A stretch of 45,462 bases of DNA, filler included, from Catajapyx aquilonaris (lineage: Eukaryota), in NCBI GenBank assembly GCA_000934665.2. It is 2 parts of 2 records of this genome, joined end to end, with 100 filler letters (N's around TTAATTAATTAA, not from the genome) between each part and the next. Parts side by side here need not be neighbours in the genome. Positions count along the whole stretch, not along the records: positions 23,216 to 45,462 come from KZ539431.1; 1 more part is not named here. The stretch is one strand, 5' to 3'. The notes below the pieces were generated by a model. The model was not told where the DNA came from. It saw only the letters and a program-made list of their open reading frames with translations, and ran no database searches. The position numbers were made by a program, and so were the translations under genes. This document shows positions 35,996 to 45,462 of this stretch, in pieces. Numbering within the stretch: the stretch's first letter is position 1; each line of letters opens with the position of its first letter.

Positions 35996-37903
35996 TTATG
36001 CTACAGGAGAGTATGCATTTAGTATGTGGGTGTATTCCTCGTTTTACCAGAAGCGTTTACAGAAAATATGTTACATACTTCTTATACGTACAGCATGTCA
36101 AGAAATTACAAAAAAAAAAATTGCACCGAAAACTTTCACAAGACACCATTACAAACTCGTAATTATATTTTTCAAATTTTATTTGCAACTCTATTGGTTA
36201 ATGAGTAAAGGCACAACATATTGGTTCCGTTCCTTGACCGTTTTGTTTCAGTTTTTATACCATGGATCATATTAGGGAGTAGCTACAACTGCTCTAAGCA
36301 GGTGATAGGTTTATCCCTTATATTTTTTCCCCCAGGACGACGAGGATGTTGAAGAATTTGCATGCATCCACATTAAACAAACATTCAAAAGTGTTTCAGA
36401 ATAAAAATGGTTCCGAAAGGCTGTTTTTGTTTTACTCAAGAGCCAGCGAATTGGAACACGTATGAAAACCTCAAGACCGCGAGGCAAGTTACGCACTTTG
36501 TGACTAAAAAATCCTCTCTATTTGGCCACGGCAGGTAAATCAGTCAATCACAAGAAGCTATTATTTTGATTCCAGCCGCGCTCTTGGTTGATTTGGCACA
36601 TACGGCCATGGAGTTTTGAACAGAAATAACAGGATATTATTAGAGTACAGTACAATGCTCTCACATAGCCCACTGACTCAGGAAGGCTCAGGAAGTGAGC
36701 TCTTCGGATAATATTATGCTGAATCCAATGAAAACGCTTTATTGTCTTAGGCCTTATTGCTGTACTAGCAGTTTAGCTTGTCCTACTCAGGCTTGCTAGT
36801 CAACGAAAGAATGGTGCTAGTAAAATTATTTCAAATGGTGCAAGTACGTTTTCTACAACGAAATCCACTCTTACATGCATTACAGTACGAATATATTATG
36901 ATGATGATATGAACCGATGTCTTGAAAATACTCGTATAAAAGTAAATCAATTTATTAGACGTTAACGTAATGCTTAATGCCATGTAAGAATAAATAAGGA
37001 GTTATAAACTGATGTCCAAAGTTGACAACGATCTGATTTTTTATATATAAAGCATTGCTGTCCAAGGAATGCAGGGGTGTCCCAACAAGCACGGTAGCAC
37101 AGGTGATGTGACCTACCTCTTCCTTTACCCTGAGCTTAACCTCACAAGTGGTGACTTTAGACATTCATTAATTTTATTTGTCCTTGCTGATCAATGGTAA
37201 CTGTGGAAACTGGTACAAAAGGGGATAAATTATGGAAACTACGTGTACTTTCTTGGGATTACCTGAATATTTCAGAATTGCAGTGCATGAGAAATATTTT
37301 AAATTTAAAAATGTCGACTTTTAATTTTTTAATTTGTTTATTTTTGTTTCTATTTTTACGAATATTTAATTCAATTTTAATTTAGAATTATTCATTATTA
37401 GAACTAATCGCTATTTTCTCCGTGCTTTGAATCGGTATTACTGAAAGTAATATATTGCATTGGTATACTATATTGTGTAATATTGTCATTTGTCATCCTG
37501 AAAATACTACTGTTTATAGGCATCTGCATCCTGTAACAGGGCTGGTAATTTTAAGTTTTCCGTCGTTTCTGTTGGAGGGGGGGGGGATGCCATGATTACC
37601 ATCATCATTATTATAAACTGCAGTAGTTTGGCTGTCAGGTAAACTGTGAAACACCAGTGTTGGAGGCATGTAAATATTATTATGACAGGTCATTGAGGAT
37701 TACCGAAATATATGACTTGATCGAGGAACTCAATTCCAAGAATGTTAATAAACATAGCCACATTCCCCCACAATTTCCTCGTGTCCGCTGCTGATCAAGG
37801 GGTCATTGCTTCCAGGCACATCATGTTAGCTGGAGAACTGTGACTAACTTCCGTTACGTATTTTCCTCATTCACCACTCCCATAAAATCAGGACTTAAAA
37901 TGC

Positions 37904-37910
37904 TATAAAA
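37904..37910 (+). promoter_or_regulatory. Candidate TATA box for gene B
   Basis: TATAAAA ~600 nt upstream of the signal-peptide exon, which has an acceptor-like site before it; position only. Confidence 0.3.
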
Positions 37911-38498
37911 TGCACTCGATGAAACTCTTGTGGATAAGCCTGGAGACGGACTGGGGCAGAAGTTCAAACGAGTTCAGTGAAAAACTGATGATGTCTTTGC
38001 CCCAAAGCAAATGTAGGCCGACACTACTGTACAGTACAATTTTGGAAGCCTAATCTTGACACATAGTACCGTACACTAGCGTATTTTCTCGTTACGTCAG
38101 AGACGTTACCAGCAGTGTTACATTCAACTCGTTCGAGCACCTGCCCAAATCCGTATCCATCATTATGCCTGTGACTGTACTGTACAATCATGTTCAAGTA
38201 CGTCACGTGCTGCTTTCAAAGGGGACAAATTAATATCATGCACGGGGAGATTGTTCGCATTGAATATGTCGCAAGAATATTGTTTCGGGTCGTCTGTGAA
38301 ACGTACAGATAAAGACAGAAGAGAGAAAGGCGTAAAGGTCGTCCATATAACCATTGTGATCCTCACCTACGTGCAAATTTTTACGACTTTTAAAGCCATT
38401 GTTTCTGTAGTCATTGTGGGCATGACACTTTACTATTGTTTTTTTTTGTATGTCCTTCCAAGTACAGGCAACGTGTCTGCTTCCCAGCCAACTCTGGA

Positions 38499-38595
38499 AT
38501 GGGAACGAAAAGGAAGCTCTTCTACGTGACCTGGATATCGTGCATCTTCCTGACCCTTTGTCGTTCTCTCCATGGTGGTAAAAAGGAAGACGAGG
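38499..38595 (+). CDS. Gene B signal-peptide exon (MGTKRKLFYVTWISCIFLTLCRSLHGGKKEDE)
   Basis: ATG in ggaATGg context, basic n-region plus hydrophobic core, donor G|GTAATT in phase 1. DNA similar to gene A signal-peptide core (18/23 nt). An upstream acceptor-like site at 38466-67 suggests a 5' UTR exon. Confidence 0.7.
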
Positions 38596-41500
38596 GTAAT
38601 TTCAGTTATTCTCAAATTTTATAACCTATAAAATCTGGGATAATGTTATGCAAGGTAACAATATAAGCATTAAAATTATCGCAGGTGGCCTGCTCTGTAG
38701 GGTTATAAATTTTTATTTGCTCCTGCAAAAGCTATTTTATATTGTGTAAACAGATCTGTTATTTTTATGCCTCCATTAAATTTAATGCATACATATCTGC
38801 TTTTTAGTAATACCTTGCATAACAACATCCAGTCCGTAGCGTGTAAAATTGCAGTGATTTCATTACCTATACTTATTATGGAGTTGGCATTTTGGACAAT
38901 CAGAAGATTTAAGGCAAATTCTTCTAGGCCTACTAATGAGTGTGTTCCGACATGTAATGATGGAGTTAGGTCACTGCAGGCGAAGAAGTTATGTTAGTTA
39001 TAGTTATCCGCATGCTCAAGTATACCTCCAGTACACGGGATGTTTCGTAATAATACGAACTTCTAAGGTCCTATACGGACTAGATGATAACTTATGAGAA
39101 CCTCTCAGAACCCTTGTTACCGAGCAAACGGGCTGCAAATATTGTGCTGGTCACATTAGAAGTCCCTGAATGTTTTTTTTTCGTCGCCGGCGGGCCAATT
39201 CAAACATCAGCCTATGGAGAGTGCTTATAGTGTTCTTTCCATTGTTGCCACTGTTTACAAAGAACGAGTGGCGCGGACGACCCAACGACGGGTCTCTGCC
39301 TGCTTGCACAGTGGCAGTGATACGCAGGAAAAAAACGGTAAAATATTTATGTTAGAAGCAAGCCACTTTGGGAAAATGTTCCCTGGTGGACTCACAGAAA
39401 TGTTTTCGTCCAAGTACGCGAAATTCCATCCGGCATAGGAGAGGGGTGGACACCCCTTAATTAAAATCAGGGGTGTGCTAATAATTGAAAGTGCGTCAAC
39501 TGACGTATTCTTTCGGTTTTGTGTCTTTTCCGCTTAATTCGATACCTCTATGACGAATGGAGACCATGCCCCGTACGTCAGACACCGCGTCATTCTTGGT
39601 AATTTGTCCCCAAAGACGTCATATTTTAAAATTGCCTCCCCATATCATATACGAGTGCGTATCATTCGCGTCATATTCGCGCCAGGAAGGTAGAGGTACA
39701 GGACTAACATGACACGTACAGGAGATGTGCACAATAATAGGAGCACCTGCAAAAACCGGTTGAAACTTCGCGTCTATTTTATTCGAAAACTGGAAAGGTT
39801 ACAAAGATGACTTTTATATATTTTTGAAGCTCCGTCGTTGTACATTTGTCAATGAATGCAGATGACGCAAAAATCACGAGAGGGGGGAGGGGGAGAAACA
39901 AAAGAAGAACTACACCCTCAGACCCCATTTTTGACCAAAGTGTTACAGCCTTGTGATTTGACAGTTTCATTTCAGGGACGTGTCATGTTAGTCCTGTACC
40001 TCTTCCTGGCACGAATATGACGCGAATGACACGTACTCGTATCTGGGGAGGCCATTTTGAATTTTCGCGGGCTTGGACGAAAACCTTTCTTTGAGTCCAG
40101 CAGGTAACATTTTCCCAAAGTGGCTTGCTTCTAACATAATTATTTTCCCGGTTTTCCCTGCGTATCCCTGCCACTGTGCAAGCAGGCAGAGACCCGTCGT
40201 TGGTCGTCCGCGTCACTCGCTCTTTGTAAACAGTGGCAAACAAAGGAAAGAACACTAAGCACTCTCCATATGCTGATGTTTGAATTGGCCCGTCGCCTGG
40301 GGTTGCCAGGTAACGGGCGCCCGCCGACGAAAAAAAAACATTCAGGGACTGCTAATGTGACCAGCACTGTACACTGTACAGAGTATAAAATATCCTGGAA
40401 GCTATGTATCCCTCCAAGCGACCTTGCCATTTTCAGTTATTTTTAGTATTACTGTGTAATTGTAGGTGTAGCATCCGAGATGACGTAATAATTTCCTTTA
40501 TTCAGGCCATTTTTTTTAAAAAAAAGGACAGGTTTTTGTACCGTGCCAGATTATGTAGCCTAGTCTAAGCCTATGTCGGGCGCTCTTGCCGCCAAGTCTA
40601 TTCTTCCGTCTCTTTGTCACTCCCTAGTGTATTGCCTGCCAAAAATCTTCTTCAGGTGGCGAACCAAGTGTAGGTTCCTCTTTGCTATGGAAGCTGTAAG
40701 AAACTTTGAGCATCCTTCATTATAGTCCAGGTCATTGTCTAGCCTTTCATCAAGTGACTCGCAGATATTTCACCATCTCTAGTATTTTCTGGCCAAGAGA
40801 CGAAAGTGCAGGACACAGGCTAATAAAAATTACAGTAGATATGCTAGAAAAATCATTCTCTGGCATCGGGGAAGCAATAGCTAAAGATGTGCAATACCAT
40901 CCTACATAGATGTTTGGGAACATTTTAAAACATAATTTACTGCAAAGACGAAAGTGTAATTTTGCATAATAATATTGTACTACATTTCCATGCAGTATTA
41001 TCTCTGAGATCTGCTCTGTGGAGGGAATACACAACGTCAAAGTTCTCAGAGTCAGTTTTTGTAACTTTGTGACAGGAAAGAAATGATCATTGTTAAGGAC
41101 ACATATTACAGGAGTAAGTTAGTATCGCAGAAATGGCGACATGATTATGGTGGCCATGGGAATAGCATGAAACGGTTAACTGTTAAGCGTCTGAAACAAA
41201 AATCACCATGTCACAATGGTCCACAATTAGGCAGAGTAATGCCATTGTAAATATAAAGTACTAAAATGCTGAACGAACAAAGTCACATATTTTAGTTAAA
41301 ATTATTGAGCTAGGCATTGTTTAATATATTCCAAGATGATGGTTGAGTCAGTTTTCTGACAGATGAATTCTAATCCATTATATAAATTTTTGAAAAAACA
41401 TATCCCATAAGGGAAACCGCGATATTCAATATTCAAATCATCATAATTATCTCGAAATCAGTCAAATGTGACTGGATATTCTACATAATTTATCAGGTCT

Positions 41501-44500
41501 TCATATGAATTAAAATGACTGCGCAGTTTCAGAGCCAGTAACATATTCTGACCTTCCAACGTGCATCACTTTGAGAAAACAATAGAAGCGTAATCTTTAT
41601 AGCGTAGTATTTTAATAGTACATTGCTCAAACATTGTGAAACACCAGAATTTATTGTTCTCTGTCACAGACAATGTACTGTACGTTAATACATCTTGCAC
41701 TCAATATAGTCCATTAGTATGTTACAACTAAATCTTGAAATTGTTTAAATGGTTAGAATTATTATTATTTTTCAAAATAAAATCCCTTGCTTCTAAATAC
41801 AGTCTGATGTGTCAGACATGTAAGTGTGCTCTACATGCAGGTGGATGATTCAGGCAAATTCTCTTGGGCTCTTGGGAACTCTTGGGCTCCAGATGATTAT
41901 TGCAGATGCATTATTTGTTTTCAGCAGTAACAAAACTGAGGTAATGAACATAAATGAAAGAGTGCATTGTTCTGATTCCAATGTCGCGGATACAGCATTT
42001 CTTTAAATCGCAATTTAAGCTTTAAGGTAGGCTACATGTAAATAATAACATTTACATTTTAAATTAAATTGGCAAGGTCATGCGGAGAAGCACATAGCTG
42101 CCATGATATTCAACACTTGGTGATCACAGCTCGGTGACGAAATGTCAGAGACAAAGGGACACCTTCACATAAAATTATTGTGTCCACGTGGGGCCATTAT
42201 TACGCTAGGAATTATGTGTGTTTAAAAAACGTAAGATGTAGGGTAGGAACAGTGGTCCACGGGGCACAATATTGTCCTTTTCATTTAAAAAAATATAAGA
42301 AACCGTAATAACGTCTTCATCTGGTACCTCGTCGTGAATCAGGTCACTATTGTGCATCTTGTTAACATGACAGCCACCTATGAGATGCCTGCGATCCTGT
42401 TGCGTCAGGGGAAAATTTGAAGGGTAGTGAAGTTACTTCTAACCCACAGTTTAAATGCCATGTCAGGCGTAGATGCTGATGTAAAAATATTGTTGAATAG
42501 TACCATCCTTTGTCCATAAATGCTGGAAATTTGGAAAGCGCCATTAGCAATGGAAGCGATGATTCATGACATCATGTCAGTTGCTGCCCTCTGACCCTCT
42601 GTCCATGGACCATTGTGCACCTTTTTGTGAACGACTGTGGCCCCTTTTGCCTCTGTACAGCACTGATGACTGTGCCGCGGTCTCCCCTACAGCATGGATA
42701 ATACGATCTCACCAATTTTCCCAACTTCTTCACCTTCTCATAATTATATATAAGTCTCATTCCATTGTAAATTTTAACTAGTTTATTGATGGACATATGC
42801 TTTTTTTCCACGATAGGAGTTAGAATCTCCATTCATAAAGGTGGAGGAGGATTTCGGGGGACGACTGGTAGCGGCGGAGTCTTAATTGGAGGAGGTGGTG
42901 GAGGAGGCTTACTTGGAGGTGGTGGTGGTGGAGGAGGCTTACTTGGAGGTGGTGGTGGAGGAGGAGGCTTATTTGTAGGTGGTGCTCCTGGACTGCTTCT
43001 GGGTGGTGGAACTGGAGGACATCATGGTGGCAGTTCCGGAGGACATCATGGTGGCAGTTCCGGAGGACATCATGGTAGCAGTTCCGGAGGACATCATGGT
43101 AGCAGTTCCGGAGGACATCATGGTAGCAGTTCCGGAGGACATCATGGTGGCGGTTCCGGAGGACATCGTGGTGGAGGGTCATTTCATGTTGAGGGAGGGC
43201 CCGGATTTCAAGTTGGGGGAGGGCAACGATTTCAAGTTGGTGGCATGTCTGGACATCTAAGTGGTGGAGGTGAAGGAGTTTTTGGTGGACCACCTGGAAA
43301 TATGAGAATTGATATCAAGGGAGCAGAAATGGCAGCAGATAAAGAGGCGGACTCATCTTCAGTGGACATAAATTTCCTAGGCAAATCTTCAGCCAAAGAT
43401 TCAGCCAGACTAGATTTGTCTGGAGGTGACAAAGACAAGAAGTCGGCAACAATTCACATCAACTATGACAATAAGGATTTGGACGATCAAGATTTGGTTT
43501 TGGGCGATGGAAAAAGTACACAAAAATTCAGCATTAATTTCGCGGGCCAAGGAAATAATCCTAGTGGTGCATATGGATTAAGCCTTTTAGGCTCACCAGA
43601 CACCAGTAAATCAAGAGTAATTAACTTGAGTGGCATGACTCCCTCAAGCAATTCACAAGGATCACTTAATTTGGGAATGAACGATGGAAGAAATCCACAA
43701 AAATTCAGCATTAATATCGGAGGCCAAGGAAATAATCCCGCTGGTGCATATGGATTAAGCTTTTCAGGCTCACCAGACGCCAGTAAATCAGGAGGAATTA
43801 TCTTTAGTGGCATGCCTCCTTCAAGCAATTCACAAGGATCACTTAATTTGGGAATGAACGATGGAAGAAGTCCACAAAAATTCAGCATTAATATCGGAGG
43901 CCCAGGAAATAATCCCGCTGGTGCATATGGATTAAGCTTTTCAGGCTCACCAGACGCCAGTAAATCAGGAGGAATTAACTTTAGTGGCATGCCTCCTTCA
44001 AGCAATTCACAAGGATCACTTAATTTGGGAATGAACGATGGAAGAAGTCCACAAAAATTCAGCTTTAATATCACAGGCCAAGGAAATAATCCCGCTGGTG
44101 CATATGGATTAAGCTTTTCAGGCTCACCAGACAGCAGTAAACCAGGAGGAATTAACTTTAGTGGCATGACTCCCTCAAGCAATTCACAAGGATCACTTAA
44201 TATGGGAATGAACGATGGAAGAAATCCACAAAAAATCAGCATTAATATCACAGGCCAAGGAAACAATCCCGCTGGTGCATATGGATTAAGCTTTTCAGGC
44301 TCACCAGACCCCAGTACACCAGGAGAAATTAACTTGAGTGGCAATACTCCCTCAAGCAGTCCTCATCAAGGGTCAATGAGTTTCAGATTTGAAGATATAC
44401 CAGGCAGTGATGATAATCCTGGTGGCGCATATAGCTTCAGCTCTTCAGGCTCCCAAGACCCCAGTACACCAGGAGAAATTAACTTGAGTGGCAATACTCC

Positions 44501-45074
44501 CTCAAGCAGTCCTCATCAAGGGTCAATGAGTTTCAGTTTTGGAGATATACCAGGCAGTGATGATAATCCCGGTGGCGCATATAGCTTAAGCTCTTCAGGC
44601 TCCCAAGAACCCAGTACATCAGGAGGAATTAACCTGAGTGGCAATACTCCCTCAAGCAGTCCTCATCAAGGGTCAATGAGTTTCAGTTTTGGAGATATAC
44701 CAGGCAGTGATGATAAGCCCAGTGGCTCATATAGCTTAAGCTCTTCAGGCTCCCAAGAACCCAGTGAACCAGGAGGAATTAACCTCAGCGGCAATACTCC
44801 CTCAAGCAGTTCTGAAGGGTCATTGAGTTTCAAATTTGGAGATATACCAGGCAGTGATAAAAAGCCCTCAAAATTCGATGTCAATTATGCGAATAACGGA
44901 TATAATCCTGGAAGTTCATATAGCATGCAACAAGTTCCTGGAAGTGGAGGTGACTTTTCCATGGACATTTCACGTCAGAATCCCAGCCATGGTGGAAGCT
45001 TGTCAATCAGTGGGCAACAAATCCCTGGAGCTCAACTCAGCTATCAACAGGAAAGTTACGGAGGAGGTCAGTAG
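38499..45074 (+). CDS. Gene B (whole model): secreted Gly/Ser-rich repeat protein with GGHH His-rich tract, ~784 aa (extra micro-exons possible)
   Basis: join(38499..38595,42817..45074) = 2355 nt, in frame through a phase-1 GT-AG intron. Confidence 0.7.
39144..40367. mobile_element. ~1.2-kb foldback element (long inverted arms) in gene B intron
   Basis: Arm 39144-39717 (with ~200-bp extra segment) is the reverse complement of 39978-40367; mirrored ORF translations (NDGSLPACTVA) on both strands; no TSD seen. Confidence 0.8.
42817..45074 (+). CDS. Gene B terminal exon (2258 nt): GGGLL tracts, (GGHHGxSS)6, 59-aa and 50-aa tandem repeats
   Basis: 762-codon ORF; acceptor ctttttttccacgatAG at 42815-16 in phase 1; stop TAG 45072-74; repeat units are all multiples of 3. 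Confidence 0.92.
43014..43178 (+). repeat. Coding tandem repeat, 24 nt unit (GGHHG[G/S][S/G]S) x6 plus GGHRGGG
   Basis: ggaggacatcatggtRgcRgttcc repeated every 24 nt from 43014. Confidence 0.95.
43506..44310 (+). repeat. Coding tandem repeat, 177 nt (59 aa) unit, ~4.5 copies
   Basis: Unit starts (gatggaa...) at 43506, 43683, 43860, 44037, 44214. Confidence 0.95.
44311..44865 (+). repeat. Coding tandem repeat, 150 nt (50 aa) unit, ~3.7 copies
   Basis: Unit starts (ccagt...) at 44311, 44461, 44611, 44761. Confidence 0.95.
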
Positions 45075-45462
45075 GCTAAAGGTACTTATTAATGTAATGA
45101 AACATTTTGAAAGGTCGATAATTGTGACACAAAGTGACACTGCATAGAGTAAGGGAGATAGGGTCGGTTGTAACAGGGTACGGTTGTAACATCCCGAATA
45201 ATACGTTTGGAAGGAAACTGGGATACTCCTTTTTTTTCTATAATTATGAAAAAAAATCAAGGTATGTTCTCAACTGTTTTGAATGGCAGTAATTAAGTGA
45301 TTTTGTGGGGGGTAGAAGTGTTATTGAATTGCCATTGGTATCATAAGAAAGGTTCCTTTAGTGGGGTAACACCGACCCACCTGACCAAACCATGTGCACA
45401 GTTAAAAAGTAGTCAGCATATCTACAAGACAACACACCAGCGCCGTATACAGGATTTTTGTT

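Noticed and set aside
37988..38012. Coding first exon of gene B (MMSLPQSK)
   Set aside because: Splicing it to the 38468 acceptor gives a frame that stops at 38529, not the signal-peptide frame.
42820..44884. Antisense ORFs over the gene B terminal exon (157, 285, 72 aa)
   Set aside because: Mirror frames of the tandem repeats.
45153..45388. MITE downstream of gene B (gggtcggttgtaac ... gtaacaccgaccc)
   Set aside because: The inverted match is short and imperfect and no TSD was seen.

Overview
Animal (probably invertebrate) genomic DNA, not prokaryotic: GT-AG introns, tRNA-derived SINEs, MITEs, microsatellites and assembly gaps. I found no convincing coding exon in ~1-25.8 kb, which holds GC-rich/GA-rich non-coding patches, repeats and a 100-bp scaffold gap at 23116-23215. 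The second half holds two tandem + strand genes for secreted, low-complexity, structural-type proteins that the ORF track shows only in pieces. Gene A (25856-35860) can be assembled by hand into 12 exons, all joined by phase-1 introns, giving 3153 nt / 1050 aa. Its order is: signal peptide, Gly/Met/Ser-rich region (three micro-exons made by tandem duplication), alternating poly-Asp and Lys/Gly/Pro blocks, three 6-Cys modules resembling the C-terminal half of a VWC domain, and a Gly/Met/Ser/Ala-rich tail. Gene B (38499-45074, at least 2 coding exons, ~784 aa) has a signal peptide, Gly/Leu tracts, (GGHHGxSS)6, then 59-aa and 50-aa tandem repeats. The genes share signal-peptide DNA, an intronic block and a pattern of short beta-strand-like motifs between Gly-rich spacers. 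They look like a diverged paralogous pair encoding an extracellular biomaterial (cuticle, shell/tube matrix, adhesive or egg coat). That function is inference; I do not recognise either protein by name, and all gene models are unverified by transcript data.
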